Translations under genes and position numbers: made by a program
Shown: in pieces, positions 1-9,873 of the stretch
How the letters are laid out: every line of letters begins with the position of its first letter
How positions within the stretch are numbered: position 1 is the first letter of the stretch
Origin: Escherichia phage vB_EcoM_Lutter
Sequence record: NC_054924.1
Length of the DNA: 64,000 nucleotides
Reading direction: 5' to 3' (one strand)
The notes under the pieces: generated by a model
Databases searched by the model: none
Seen by the model: only the letters and a program-made list of their open reading frames with translations
What the model was told of the DNA's origin: nothing

Positions 1-247
1 CTGTAGTATGTTTGCGCATTAGTTCAATCCATTTATTACTTACTTCACGATCGATAGCTTCATAATACGCATGACGAGCAGGTGCAGATTTAATTTTGTT
101 CTGAATAACTTCCATTGCGTTATCAGAAAGAGACAAAACCCATGCTCGACGAATTTTATTTTGGTTTTGTGGATTTGATTCAGAACGCACGTGTTTTGGC
201 TGAATATCTTTTACATCAACGTTATAATTCACAGTAATTTTAGTCAT
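1..247 (-). CDS. hypothetical protein, N-terminal 82 codons only (gene runs past window start); position matches T4 rpbA
   Basis: Minus-strand ATG at 247 reads [19 protein letters not shown]... open to position 1; synteny next to gene 46. Confidence 0.4.
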   Translation of the reverse strand, partial: MTKITVNYNVDVKDIQPKHVRSESNPQNQNKIRRAWVLSLSDNAMEVIQNKIKSAPARHAYYEAIDREVSNKWIELMRKHTT

Positions 248-256
248 AATACACCT

Positions 257-445
257 TTAGTCATAATAATCAGTAACAGTCCAAGCTTCATTTCTATTGG
301 ACATTATTTTTGTATATTCTGCTTTAAATGCATTCCTAAGCATAGATTCAGTAACTATATGCTCTTCATTAGAAAAATTATTTCTCAGAATATATCGTTT
401 TATTTCAGGAATAGTTAATAGATGCTGTCCAGTTGAATATTCCAT
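257..445 (-). CDS. hypothetical small protein (62 aa)
   Basis: ORF in early minus-strand block between the rpbA-like gene and gene 46. Confidence 0.4.
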   Translation of the reverse strand: MEYSTGQHLLTIPEIKRYILRNNFSNEEHIVTESMLRNAFKAEYTKIMSNRNEAWTVTDYYD

Positions 446-500
446 GTTTTTCCTCCATAGAGATTATACTCTAATAAATTAAAGCATAATCTCTTATAAA

Positions 501-2183
501 TTAAACCATTACAGTAAATCGACCAACTTTCTTCATTTGAAGATGCTGACCATATTCTTGCGGGTCATGGTCTTTATGCGAAATTATAAAAACATTAGTG
601 TTTTTCATTGAATTTATAATATTAGCTACACCTTTAATACCTTCGGCATCAAATGACCCATCAAACACTTCATCGAGTATTAATGTACTAATACTAACAC
701 CAGATACAATAGAAGCAATATCACGCCAAGTAAATAAAAGAGCAATATCAATTCTTGCTTTTTCACCTTCACTAAATGAAGCATAACTAAAATCTTCGCG
801 ACCACGGGATTTAATTGTCTCATTAAATTCTTCATCTAATGTAAACACATAATCCGCTTCCATTATTTTAAGATAATGGTTAATCTGCTTATTAAATAAT
901 GGAATGTACTTTTTAATAATAGCACCTTTAATACCAGAATCTTTGAGCATATCAGTCAAAATTCCTCGGTGGTATTTTTCCATTACTAAATTAGTTTTTG
1001 TCTTAACAATTTTATCAAGTTCTTCTTGAAGCAGTGCTATTTCATCAGCATGGTCAATAAACTCAGAAGATGCTTTTTCTATAGCCGCTTTAACTTTTTT
1101 AGCTTTATCTACTGCTGCGATCAGAGATTGCTTTTTATTGCGAATATCATTTGCCAACGACTGCTGAGTTTTAATATTATCTCGGTATTCATCAACAAGA
1201 ACTTTTAAATTATCACGATGTGTTGAAAGCTGTTCAAACGAATGCGTGCATTCAGAAACTTTATCTTTAATTTTAGAAACAACTTTATCACCGGAACTCA
1301 ATTGTGACAAACAGGTTGGACATAATCCACCTTCGTGATACATATTAATGACTTTATTATATGAGTCAATTTTTGATTTAATTAAAACTGCTTCTTGACC
1401 GATTTTATTAAATGCATCAGTCGGGTCTTCATCTAAAACAATATTAACTAATCTTTCATTAGCTTCTTCTATTTCCGATTTTAGCGTTCTAGCTTCTTTT
1501 GCCAAATCATCATACATATTTTGCAGACGAATAAGGTTTTCACCAGTTAATTTTTTCTGGCGTTCAACGTTATCATTATATATTTTAATTTGTTGGATAA
1601 TACTATCTTTTTTAACATCAAGCACTTGGTTTTGTGAATTTAATTCACGTATTAGTGCTTTATTAAGCTTATCCATTTCAGCTAATGTTCCTACCTCGAG
1701 CAGGTCTTCCACAAGCTTTCTTCGCGCAGGGGTCGACAAACCCATGAAAGGGGTATACCCTGCTGTACCAAGGACAACAATCTGCTTGAAACTGGCATAT
1801 GACATTCCGATAAGCTGTTCAAATTCTGCTTGGAAATCTTTACTGCTGGCAGATTCATTAAGACGTGTACCGTTAACGGTGATTTCGAAAACGTTCGGTT
1901 TTTGTCCTCTTTTGATATAGTACTTTTTCTCATCATATTCCATCCACAGTTCAACTAAAAGTTCTTTCTTATTTGTGCTGTTTATTAATTGACCTTTCTT
2001 TACATCACGAAATGGCTTGCCAAAAAGCCCAAATGTGATGGCTTCTAGCATAGTAGACTTACCACCGCCATTTCGTCCAGTAATAAGAGTTTTTTGAACC
2101 TTATCTAATTGAATGTCAACTCCATTTTGACCAACTGACATTATATTTTTATATTTTACTCTATTAAGTTTAAATGATTTCAT
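501..2183 (-). CDS. 46: recombination endonuclease subunit gp46 (Rad50/SbcC-like ATPase)
   Basis: 560 aa; Walker A GRNGGGKST, long coiled coil with CPTC zinc hook, C-terminal LILDEVFDGSFD; same length as T4 gp46. Confidence 0.92.
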   Translation of the reverse strand: MKSFKLNRVKYKNIMSVGQNGVDIQLDKVQKTLITGRNGGGKSTMLEAITFGLFGKPFRDVKKGQLINSTNKKELLVELWMEYDEKKYYIKRGQKPNVFEITVNGTRLNESASSKDFQAEFEQLIGMSYASFKQIVVLGTAGYTPFMGLSTPARRKLVEDLLEVGTLAEMDKLNKALIRELNSQNQVLDVKKDSIIQQIKIYNDNVERQKKLTGENLIRLQNMYDDLAKEARTLKSEIEEANERLVNIVLDEDPTDAFNKIGQEAVLIKSKIDSYNKVINMYHEGGLCPTCLSQLSSGDKVVSKIKDKVSECTHSFEQLSTHRDNLKVLVDEYRDNIKTQQSLANDIRNKKQSLIAAVDKAKKVKAAIEKASSEFIDHADEIALLQEELDKIVKTKTNLVMEKYHRGILTDMLKDSGIKGAIIKKYIPLFNKQINHYLKIMEADYVFTLDEEFNETIKSRGREDFSYASFSEGEKARIDIALLFTWRDIASIVSGVSISTLILDEVFDGSFDAEGIKGVANIINSMKNTNVFIISHKDHDPQEYGQHLQMKKVGRFTVMV

Positions 2184-2198
2184 TTTGTATCCAATTGT

Positions 2199-3053
2199 TC
2201 ACAATGAAGAAAATTCTTTAACTAAAGCCTGTAATGAAGCCTCTATTGGATATCCGTTCTTAACTAACATTTTCCTAAACATCACATGTTTAGGACGATT
2301 ATATGATATCCACAATTCATACAATTTATCTTTATTATCCCAATGATAGCCTTTTCGTCGAGATGCTATATGAGCTTTTCTAATCTCCGGATTTTTCCAA
2401 CTAGCAGCTACTGAATTTGATATAGCTATTTTATATTCAGGTTTTGATAAAGCAGCACGAACAGCCTTTTGGTGTTTAATTTTATTTTCTTCGTTATTAA
2501 ACCATTCCCTTGAAGCCATTGAAATTTTTTGTTTTGTTTTAAAACTATTTAATCTTTCTTTGTTATCTTTCCTATTTTTTGCTACTGAAAAATATTTTAA
2601 TGCCCTTTCTCTAGCAGCATTTCTATTTTGCGGATTTGAATAATATTGTTGAAGCCTTTTTGATATTGTGTCACTTACATCTTGTTTTATAAAACTATAT
2701 TCAGCAGCTATTAAATCAACTTCGGCTAAAGATAAATTTTTATATGTTTTTCCTGACATCATTCTATTTAAAGCATTTAGCATTTTTCCATTTTTACCTT
2801 TTGCTAATAAGAAATGTGCTTTAAAATGATTAAAATGACTTAAATTAACTAAATTCCATGTAGATTTTAAATATTCAGGAAATATTGATTTAGGAAGCAC
2901 GTGATGTGCTTCCGTTTTACCTGGAGTTTTAACAGTTGAATTCATAGAAATAAAATTAATGTAAGACTTGGCGTCTTCTTCACTCAACGCTAATTTTTCA
3001 ACTAATTCCTTTATTAAAAATTCATCATTAATGTCAAGTTTAAAATTCTTCAC
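2199..3053 (-). CDS. free-standing HNH homing endonuclease with NUMOD-like repeats (possible GTG start)
   Basis: 284 aa; HHVLPKS...NLVNLSHFNH HNH motif; repeated basic NPxxRxAxxxA-type modules; sits between genes 46 and 47. Confidence 0.65.
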   Translation of the reverse strand: MKNFKLDINDEFLIKELVEKLALSEEDAKSYINFISMNSTVKTPGKTEAHHVLPKSIFPEYLKSTWNLVNLSHFNHFKAHFLLAKGKNGKMLNALNRMMSGKTYKNLSLAEVDLIAAEYSFIKQDVSDTISKRLQQYYSNPQNRNAARERALKYFSVAKNRKDNKERLNSFKTKQKISMASREWFNNEENKIKHQKAVRAALSKPEYKIAISNSVAASWKNPEIRKAHIASRRKGYHWDNKDKLYELWISYNRPKHVMFRKMLVKNGYPIEASLQALVKEFSSL

Positions 3054-3258
3054 AAAAGATTCCTTTTAATGTATCTTTTAGACCATTCTATCATATCATC
3101 ATAATCTAAAAAGTATTCATCAAATTCAGCCATGCAAACAACACCTTGTGCTGTTTTTGATGTAATATAAATTATTCCAACATATCTAGAATCTTCTTCG
3201 GTATAATCAATGTTTGCTATGAATTCATCATTAATGTCAAATGTCGAAAACTTCACAG
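3018..3258. repeat. direct repeat pair bracketing a ~200-bp small-ORF cassette next to the HNH gene
   Basis: aattcatcattaatgtcaa exact at 3019-3037 and 3222-3240, plus shared cttcac; both copies hold a TGA/GTG stop-start junction. Confidence 0.6.
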
Positions 3259-3313
3259 TATGCATCCTTAATACAAGATACGGCCATATCTCGCAATGAT
3301 TTAGGTGTGTCAT
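3050..3313 (-). CDS. hypothetical small protein; start uncertain (possibly internal Met, MHTVKFSTFDINDEF)
   Basis: ORF overlaps the 3237-3500 ORF in another frame; N-terminus duplicated at the HNH gene start. Confidence 0.3.
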   Translation of the reverse strand: MTHLNHCEIWPYLVLRMHTVKFSTFDINDEFIANIDYTEEDSRYVGIIYITSKTAQGVVCMAEFDEYFLDYDDMIEWSKRYIKRNLL

Positions 3314-3500
3314 TATCTAAAATGTTGAAGTTAAAAGATACAGCCCAATCTGTACAGACCGTAACTTTTTTAATACAATTATCTTCAACCTCTAGCGGTT
3401 CAAACCAATATTCAATAATTTCTTTATGCCCAATATCATCTTTTACTTCACATTCAAAATGCTGACTCATCATAACATTTTTAAATTCATCAAAAGTCAT
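3237..3500 (-). CDS. hypothetical acidic small protein (87 aa)
   Basis: ORF immediately downstream of gene 47 on minus strand. Confidence 0.45.
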   Translation of the reverse strand: MTFDEFKNVMMSQHFECEVKDDIGHKEIIEYWFEPLEVEDNCIKKVTVCTDWAVSFNFNILDNDTPKSLRDMAVSCIKDAYCEVFDI

Positions 3501-4516
3501 TGTGTTGCCTCTACATATAACTGATTTGCATATTGAATAAGTGCTTCACGGTCAGAATCAGTGATGTCTGGAATTGCATTAATGTATTCTTCCATCAACG
3601 TCTGAAGAGATTGAACTTCAACTTCTTCACTGTCATCTGACTCGACAGAGTTATCAATCTTTGACACAACTCGTAATGAATGCACAACTTTTTCTAGTTC
3701 AGATTCGAACTTCGTCAGATTTTTGTCTACTTCAGTTACTATAACACGTACTGATAGATTTGTAAAATCTTTATAGTCAATTTTTCCTTTAAATGGATAA
3801 TGAATTCTACGATGCCAGGTAGTATTGTTTGGAATAAATTCCATTCGTTCTGTTTCTGTATCAAACATCCAGAACCCACGAGGGTCATTCTCGTCACCTG
3901 CAGTTAGTGTCCATGGTGTCCCAATATATCTGACGTTTGCAGCCTCAGAGATAGTATGGAAGTGACCAGACCACACCTCTTTATAAGTCTTAAGGAAATC
4001 AGGTTCAAGACCGTGAGATTTCATTCCTTTATAAAAATAAAATCCATTCAGTTCCCAGTGACCAACACAAAAAGAAGCAGATGAAGTTTTGATGTGCTCA
4101 AGAATTTCACCAGTATTTTCTTCGCACATCCAAGGAATTAAATCAATTAAACATCCGTCAAAATCGACTGTAGTAGGCTTATCATATACTTTAACATTAG
4201 GATATTTAGCCAAAAGCTCAGTAGAAGCATTTGGATGCATTACATTTTTGTAGTGGAGATCGTGATTTCCTACAATAGTATGTAATGTGATTCCAGCGTC
4301 ATCAAGCATTTGAACTATTTCACGGGCAAACTCCATAGTTTTATGTGTGATTGCTTTTCGCACATCAAAAATATCACCATATTGAATCCATACAGTAATT
4401 CCATTTTTCTTAGAATATTCTATCGCTTGCTTAATTCCATCAATTTGAATACCGCGAATCCACTCATCATCAGCTTTAACGCCTAAATGCCAATCACCCA
4501 AGTTTAGTATTTTCAT
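3497..4516 (-). CDS. 47: recombination endonuclease subunit gp47 (Mre11/SbcD-like phosphoesterase)
   Basis: 339 aa; calcineurin-like motifs LGDWHLG, GDIFD, GNHD, GHWE, SGHFH; T4 gp47 length. Confidence 0.92.
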   Translation of the reverse strand: MKILNLGDWHLGVKADDEWIRGIQIDGIKQAIEYSKKNGITVWIQYGDIFDVRKAITHKTMEFAREIVQMLDDAGITLHTIVGNHDLHYKNVMHPNASTELLAKYPNVKVYDKPTTVDFDGCLIDLIPWMCEENTGEILEHIKTSSASFCVGHWELNGFYFYKGMKSHGLEPDFLKTYKEVWSGHFHTISEAANVRYIGTPWTLTAGDENDPRGFWMFDTETERMEFIPNNTTWHRRIHYPFKGKIDYKDFTNLSVRVIVTEVDKNLTKFESELEKVVHSLRVVSKIDNSVESDDSEEVEVQSLQTLMEEYINAIPDITDSDREALIQYANQLYVEATQ

Positions 4517-5117
4517 GGTGTCTTTTCCATCCTAATTTAGCTGCTTTTGAAACCAGTTCTTTAATTTTTCCTTTTGTCCATTCAGGACCAGGAGGTTCAT
4601 GACATAACAATTGCTTAACTCCGTTATTATACCATTTTTTACCTTTATTATGTGATGAAGCTTTAAATTTATTTGACCTTCCTTTTACATAACCTTCTGG
4701 AATATAAGGCAAAAAGGCAGATTTTCCTGTTAATGGATCATGTGAATGTATATTTCCTTTACAATTATGAGAACCATATAATGGATGATTTTGTCCTTTA
4801 TTATCTCTTCCAAATGAACCTTTTGGAGCAGCATATGACATATTAAAGAATAATGGATTTTTAACTGCATCATGCAATCGTTGATAATATAACTCGCATT
4901 TAATAGCTTCTTCACGTGTATCAAATTCAGCTAAAATGCATGAATCAAATAAGTGAGGATTATCTAAAAGCTCTTTATTATAAATTTTCTTATACTTTTT
5001 AGATAAAACTGAACCATGATATCCAGCTAAATGCCTATCTAAAGACGTAGATCCAATATAAAAAGGAGGAAGTTTATCTCCACTATATATTGTTAAATAA
5101 GTTATATATTTTTTCAT
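4494..5117 (-). CDS. free-standing GIY-YIG homing endonuclease (seg-like)
   Basis: 207 aa; N-terminal YITYLTIYSG...FYIGST (GIY-YIG), C-terminal Gly/Lys/His-rich NUMOD-like region; overlaps end of gene 47. Confidence 0.65.
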   Translation of the reverse strand: MKKYITYLTIYSGDKLPPFYIGSTSLDRHLAGYHGSVLSKKYKKIYNKELLDNPHLFDSCILAEFDTREEAIKCELYYQRLHDAVKNPLFFNMSYAAPKGSFGRDNKGQNHPLYGSHNCKGNIHSHDPLTGKSAFLPYIPEGYVKGRSNKFKASSHNKGKKWYNNGVKQLLCHEPPGPEWTKGKIKELVSKAAKLGWKRHHENTKLG

Positions 5118-5277
5118 ATATCAAGAACCGTCATTGAAATGCAAAATAAAATTAATGAAATAAATCCATCTGGAGTGCTAAAGAACCCAATCCAACATGC
5201 TCTAGTGAACAAATAAAACGCTAGAAAAAGTATCACATATCCAAGAAATATCATTATATCAAACTCCGTATAAAGCT

Positions 5278-5296
5278 AAAGGGCCGAAGCCCTTTA
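5278..5296 (-). terminator. CUUCGG tetraloop hairpin (terminator-like) at a-gt 3' end
   Basis: AAAGGGC-UUCG-GCCCUUU on minus-strand RNA, overlapping a-gt stop. Confidence 0.45.
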
Positions 5297-6496
5297 TTTT
5301 GTAATAATGTCAAACTGTTCTTTAAAGCAGAAGCTTGAATCTTGATGCTGATACAAAAATTCATAAGCTTTTTCGCGTTCACGGTCATAAAGAGCTCGGT
5401 CAGATGACAGTTCTTTAATACGCTCAAATGTTGATTCCATGTCATTTTCATCAAACCAAACGATACCGCTATCATGAGAAATTAACGGAGTATTATCAAC
5501 ACGGAATTTTAAATTTTCACCAGTAGATTTCCAAAATACTGGAATTGTTCCGCATGCACCAAGCTCGAGATGAGTGTATTCTAAAGAACGTTGTAGATAT
5601 TTTTTATCTAATTTACTCAGCTGATAACCAAATCCGGATTTACTCATACGTTCAAGCATTTCGCTATTTACATAACGGTCGAGAATTTGCGTTGACAAAT
5701 TAGGAGCAATTTTAATTTGGTCTACTTGATGAAGACGATAATACTCGTATGGAATTCCTTTTTCTTTAATAGGAATGAACGCTGGAGAACGTTCCAGACC
5801 TTCCATAATAGTACTCAATCCCGCAGGTTTAAGATGTTTTTCATGAAAATCAAACATCTGATAAAAGCCTTTCCATGTAGTAGTACGACCAATCCAACGG
5901 TTGATATTCATGTTAATTTCAGAAACATCTTTCCAGTAGGTTGATCGAACCTTCGCAATATCCATAGGAGGCTGAAAGTTATATACGGTCGGTGCTTCTT
6001 CAATATCATCAAACAGAGAAACTGTTTCTGGATACCATTCTTTCATCAGAACTTTATTAAAATCGCCATTATCAGAATGGCTAAAAATAACATCAGCTCG
6101 ACGAACAGTTTCTTCTAATCCCAAATTTCGGCGCAAAGAAAGAGAAGAATGGTCATGTTGATAAACTACAACACGAACCGAAGGTTTAATGTTATCAATA
6201 ATTTTTTTATAGTTATTAATAGTGTCTTCTTCGACTGAAGTAGCAGGAACTGAATTGATAATTAGAATATCACAATCATTTACCAGCTTAAGTGTTTTAT
6301 CGTATTCTTTTGCCAATAAAACCGGAATTGAAAATGACTTATAATCATGCGCGCAATTACGAGTAAATGATTTATCTTTAGCATAAACCAAAGTTACTTC
6401 ATGACCATTTTTAATAAACCAATCACGTTGCTCAAGAGAAAATTTAGTTACGCCACAACCTTCAAGACCTCGAGCCATAAAAATGCATACTTTCAT
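5294..6496 (-). CDS. a-gt: DNA alpha-glucosyltransferase
   Basis: 400 aa, same length and position as T4 a-gt; glycosyltransferase-like. Confidence 0.8.
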   Translation of the reverse strand: MKVCIFMARGLEGCGVTKFSLEQRDWFIKNGHEVTLVYAKDKSFTRNCAHDYKSFSIPVLLAKEYDKTLKLVNDCDILIINSVPATSVEEDTINNYKKIIDNIKPSVRVVVYQHDHSSLSLRRNLGLEETVRRADVIFSHSDNGDFNKVLMKEWYPETVSLFDDIEEAPTVYNFQPPMDIAKVRSTYWKDVSEINMNINRWIGRTTTWKGFYQMFDFHEKHLKPAGLSTIMEGLERSPAFIPIKEKGIPYEYYRLHQVDQIKIAPNLSTQILDRYVNSEMLERMSKSGFGYQLSKLDKKYLQRSLEYTHLELGACGTIPVFWKSTGENLKFRVDNTPLISHDSGIVWFDENDMESTFERIKELSSDRALYDREREKAYEFLYQHQDSSFCFKEQFDIITK

Positions 6497-6547
6497 TTAA
6501 TATCCTCATTGTTTTGGTTTATTTTACCAAAAATTTATAAAGCAATA

Positions 6548-6566
6548 TAGGAGCCGAAGCTCCTAT
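6548..6566 (-). terminator. CUUCGG tetraloop hairpin
   Basis: UAGGAGC-UUCG-GCUCCUA followed by U-rich run. Confidence 0.45.
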
Positions 6567-6736
6567 CCACATAATACACCATACAGAGGCTCATTAGAGC
6601 TTCTAAATTTTATACGCTTATATGTTATAGTTCCTTCTGCTTTAGCTTTATCATGAGACTCTTTAAAGCGTCTCATCATTTCTACTTTAGAGGAACGAAT
6701 TTTATTATAATCTATTTCAGAAGTCTGGGTGTTCAT
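6563..6736 (-). CDS. candidate small ORF (57 aa) below the track length cutoff
   Basis: Hand-translated MNTQTSEIDYNKIRSSKVEMMRRFKESHDKAKAEGTITYKRIKFRSSNEPLYGVLCG; fills an otherwise noncoding gap. Confidence 0.3.
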   Translation of the reverse strand: MNTQTSEIDYNKIRSSKVEMMRRFKESHDKAKAEGTITYKRIKFRSSNEPLYGVLCG

Positions 6737-6739
6737 CTT

Positions 6740-6946
6740 TCACAGTTGCCACCATTTTTTGACTTGATAGGAATCAACCCACACTTTCATATTAGGGTCT
6801 GCTCTTACAATAGGAGGATTAACTTCTTTAATTGAACTATCGTGGTACTCTTTTTCAGAAATTTTCACGCAAAGATGACCATTCAAAGATTCAGTAAATC
6901 CTGCATTAATTTTAAGACGCTTGAATTTTACGTGTGTAAGCATCAA
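6740..6946 (-). CDS. hypothetical protein (68 aa)
   Basis: ORF in early block between 55 and a-gt. Confidence 0.4.
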   Translation of the reverse strand: MMLTHVKFKRLKINAGFTESLNGHLCVKISEKEYHDSSIKEVNPPIVRADPNMKVWVDSYQVKKWWQL

Positions 6947-7229
6947 TCATATCCTCAATTTGCGATCTAGTAGTCTTCCAAAGAATACTGATGAGTTCAT
7001 CGTTATATGGCTGTTTTAGAATATCCCGACTTTTCTTGATAGCATATTCGTATTGAGCAAAATTATTGTTTTCAGCTGCGATCTGAGCGTGCTTATAAAG
7101 ACGATTCAGTTCGCGTTTGTTTTTAGACAATAACTTATTTGCTTTTCTTTCTGCTTCAAGACGGTTCTTTTCTTCAATAGAAGAAATAAGCTTTTCCACT
7201 TCATCATTAATTTCGGGTTTATCAGTCAT
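6912..7229 (-). CDS. hypothetical coiled-coil protein (105 aa)
   Basis: ORF in early block. Confidence 0.5.
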   Translation of the reverse strand: MTDKPEINDEVEKLISSIEEKNRLEAERKANKLLSKNKRELNRLYKHAQIAAENNNFAQYEYAIKKSRDILKQPYNDELISILWKTTRSQIEDMIDAYTRKIQAS

Positions 7230-7230
7230 A

Positions 7231-7449
7231 TTATTTCTCTAATATAAAATAAAAATCATCATCTGTTAAATGATACCGATAGTTTAATTCTACACCATTA
7301 GATTTAAAAGCGGTATCATACGGATTTTCTGGATCAATATCAATGTCAAGAGCTAAAACTTCCCTGAGATACATTTTAAGTAAATAGGGAATAGCTTCAA
7401 CTTCAGGTATTTCTTCCAAGAATCCGGAGAGGTTAATCGTTAGCCTCAT
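7231..7449 (-). CDS. hypothetical protein (72 aa)
   Basis: ORF, start overlaps gp55 stop. Confidence 0.45.
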
Positions 7450-7996
7450 ATAAAAAATCCAAACTAGGAGAATCGTCTACAACACTTTTCTTTTCAGCCC
7501 CTGGTGTTCTATAGGTTGATTCTTCGTAATGCGTCATTTTATCGTAGATGTCTTGAATAAAAGTTTCATCTACTAACGCAACCATATCGTCGTCACGACT
7601 GTCATAGACATTGTGAACGAAGTAACTATATTTCTTTGCAACTTCCTTACGTTCTTTTTTAATACGTTGGACGAATGCATTAAAACAAGCTTGAGTTATA
7701 TACGCATGTGGGTTTTTATATTTCGTTTCATCAAAATTGTGAAGCCCCTTAATAGAAGCTTCTATACCATCTGCAATCATTTCTTGTTTCCAAGACTGGG
7801 TGTATCCTGAAAAGTTGAAACGTTTAGATAAGCCTTCTGCAATAAGCATAATGGCTAATCCGATAGTATCATTCTGACGAACTACTTTATTTGGGTCTTT
7901 ATTATTTGCTAATTCTGTTTTCCAATCAATAATAGCTTGTAAAAGCTCTTTATTGTTTACGTAATTATATTTAGGCTTAGTTTCTGACATTTTCAC
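7433..7996 (-). CDS. 55: late-transcription sigma factor gp55
   Basis: 187 aa; [25 protein letters not shown]...; size and synteny of T4 gp55. Confidence 0.9.
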
Positions 7997-8068
7997 CTCT
8001 TAGCTCAATTCATAGATCTATTATATCATAATATTTGAAGATCTATCTTAAAGCACAGAGGATATCAG

Positions 8069-8338
8069 TTATCTAAGTAAGCAGTATGCTTGGAACACTT
8101 TCTCCATCATCTTTTTAAATTCATGAATATCTATATAATGACTAGTTAAATCAGCATGATATAAAAAGTCTAAAAACTTTTTATGGGTATTAGAATATTT
8201 ACTTCCAGTTAATTCAGAAACATGGCTTTCCCAATATCCAACACCAGTTTTATTTGGGAAAAATGAAATTTTCATGTATTGGTCAACATAGAAAATACCA
8301 AAATTTTCAATAGCAATAGAAATATTAATTAATTTCAT
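8069..8338 (-). CDS. hypothetical protein (89 aa)
   Basis: ORF. Confidence 0.45.
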   Translation of the reverse strand: MKLINISIAIENFGIFYVDQYMKISFFPNKTGVGYWESHVSELTGSKYSNTHKKFLDFLYHADLTSHYIDIHEFKKMMEKVFQAYCLLR

Positions 8339-8550
8339 ACATTCATCAACTTAGCCGCTTCAAGAGCTGCATCTAGTGAATCAAATTGGTCAACATATTC
8401 AATCAATTCGCCGTAATTGGCATATAACCACCATTGGCTAAATTCATACTCAAGGATGAATCCATTTCCTTCAATTTGAGTTAAACCAATGCCATTTGTA
8501 TTTACTTCATATCCGGCAAGACGCAAATCGTTAATAAGAGCTTCGTTCAT
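8335..8550 (-). CDS. hypothetical protein (71 aa)
   Basis: ORF, start/stop overlap with neighbours. Confidence 0.45.
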   Translation of the reverse strand: MNEALINDLRLAGYEVNTNGIGLTQIEGNGFILEYEFSQWWLYANYGELIEYVDQFDSLDAALEAAKLMNV

Positions 8551-8552
8551 AA

Positions 8553-8879
8553 TTATACCTTAGTAATTTTCAGGTCTGCAAATTTTTTCTTGCGTTGATT
8601 TTTCATGCGACGAATAGTTTTATCGGAAATTTCATGCTTTTGATAAGCTTTAGATTCTACACCAAAAGCTTTAACATCAAATTCTGACAAGATATATTGA
8701 ACCAACAATTCACGGACAGTATTGCGTCCAATCTTCTGATCATTCTGTTTCATCATCTGATGAAGCTCTTTTTCCCATTTATCCAAAATTTGAGGAGTTA
8801 CAATATCGCCTTTTTCTAGCAAAGAAACTACTTTATCGTATGCGTAAGAATTAATGACGTTTTTAATTTGAATAGTCAT
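8553..8879 (-). CDS. hypothetical protein (108 aa)
   Basis: ORF. Confidence 0.5.
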   Translation of the reverse strand: MTIQIKNVINSYAYDKVVSLLEKGDIVTPQILDKWEKELHQMMKQNDQKIGRNTVRELLVQYILSEFDVKAFGVESKAYQKHEISDKTIRRMKNQRKKKFADLKITKV

Positions 8880-8917
8880 ACATTATCCTCAATTACGTTA
8901 AAATTTTATTATCCAAA

Positions 8918-8933
8918 AAGGGCCGAAGCCCTT
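8918..8933 (-). terminator. CUUCGG tetraloop hairpin terminator
   Basis: AAGGGC-UUCG-GCCCUU followed by UUUGGAUAAUAAAAUUUU. Confidence 0.5.
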
Positions 8934-9132
8934 AGCTAAACTGTTTGGCACCCTTCCAGCCTTCGTACATCATTGCAGCTGATATTAATATTGCTCCTGC
9001 GCATTTTGAATATTTGTGATTCCAAAACCAGTTCAGAAAAACTTCGTCATCAATACCCTGGGCTATCATATTTTCAAAGAACTGGCGACGAGCTTCAGCA
9101 ATTCGTTGCGATAATTTAGATTCAGGATTCAT
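8932..9132 (-). CDS. hypothetical protein (66 aa)
   Basis: ORF; stop overlaps a CUUCGG hairpin. Confidence 0.45.
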   Translation of the reverse strand: MNPESKLSQRIAEARRQFFENMIAQGIDDEVFLNWFWNHKYSKCAGAILISAAMMYEGWKGAKQFS

Positions 9133-9348
9133 TTAAATTTTCCAATTACCATTTTCATCAATAAATTTAATCCAGTCATTTACTGACCACTTGGTCGTAT
9201 CGCCTTTTGGAGCAACATTTAAAGTATATAATCCCTGTTTAAAAAGCATGCGTTTGATATTCATATTTTCCTCAGCTGTAACGATAGCACTCGTTTGATT
9301 TACGCTTAGCAACTCGTTGAGAAGTATTGTAATCAAAATCATCGTCAA
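9133..9348 (-). CDS. hypothetical protein (71 aa)
   Basis: ORF. Confidence 0.45.
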   Translation of the reverse strand: MTMILITILLNELLSVNQTSAIVTAEENMNIKRMLFKQGLYTLNVAPKGDTTKWSVNDWIKFIDENGNWKI

Positions 9349-9565
9349 TGTAAACTGATTTTTTCAACTTTCTTACTTCACCACGTAATTGACGATTTAA
9401 CTCATCTTTAACTTCTGAATCAATGCCTTTCATTCTACGCCATTTATCTGAGCGAAAAATGTTTTCAACCATATCTTTATGACTTACACCATCAGGAGCT
9501 TTACGCTTTCCGAAATAGTCATAATCACGTACTTTTAAATCTTTACGACGATACGTTTTACCCAT
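9272..9565 (-). CDS. hypothetical basic protein; start trimmed to ATG MGKTYRR
   Basis: ORF; ATG overlaps stop of upstream small ORF (CATGGGTAA junction). Confidence 0.4.
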   Translation of the reverse strand: MGKTYRRKDLKVRDYDYFGKRKAPDGVSHKDMVENIFRSDKWRRMKGIDSEVKDELNRQLRGEVRKLKKSVYIDDDFDYNTSQRVAKRKSNECYRYS

Positions 9566-9734
9566 GGAGTTTAATTTCCTTAGCAACTGAACTAAATACA
9601 GCACGATCGCAAATCATCTGTTTATTCCATTTAAGTACAGTATAATGAACATCTAGATCATCTACTGCTGTAACAATAACAATATGTCCGTTAACACGAT
9701 AATACTGATCCTTTTTAATCTCTTTATCAACCAT
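9558..9734 (-). CDS. candidate small ORF (58 aa) below the track cutoff
   Basis: MVDKEIKKDQYYRVNGH...; GAGGA ribosome-binding site; directly downstream of early promoter 9765-9793. Confidence 0.35.
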   Translation of the reverse strand: MVDKEIKKDQYYRVNGHIVIVTAVDDLDVHYTVLKWNKQMICDRAVFSSVAKEIKLHG

Positions 9735-9764
9735 ATCAAATCCTCAAAGGCAATTCATATGTTA

Positions 9765-9793
9765 ATAATACCACAGTTTGAACTTCTTGTAAA
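9765..9793 (-). promoter_or_regulatory. T4-type early (sigma-70) promoter
   Basis: Minus strand TTTACA-17 bp-TGG-TATTAT with A/T-rich upstream TTTCACAAAG. Confidence 0.6.
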
Positions 9794-9873
9794 CAACTTT
9801 GTGAAATTATTTTAGGGAACGATAAGAAGGGAACGATAGCTTAGAATGGTAATATACAGAATGCGAGAAAGAA

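Noticed and set aside
191-482. Plus-strand ORFs 191-418 and 297-482
   Set aside because: They lie antisense to minus-strand coding sequence in a region where all credible genes are on the minus strand, have low-complexity hydrophobic composition and no start context.
598-1954. ORFs nested inside gene 46 (598-786 +, 1026-1208 +, 1691-1954 -)
   Set aside because: Fully contained within the 560-aa gp46 reading frame on the opposite strand or an alternative frame; typical shadow ORFs of an AT-rich genome.
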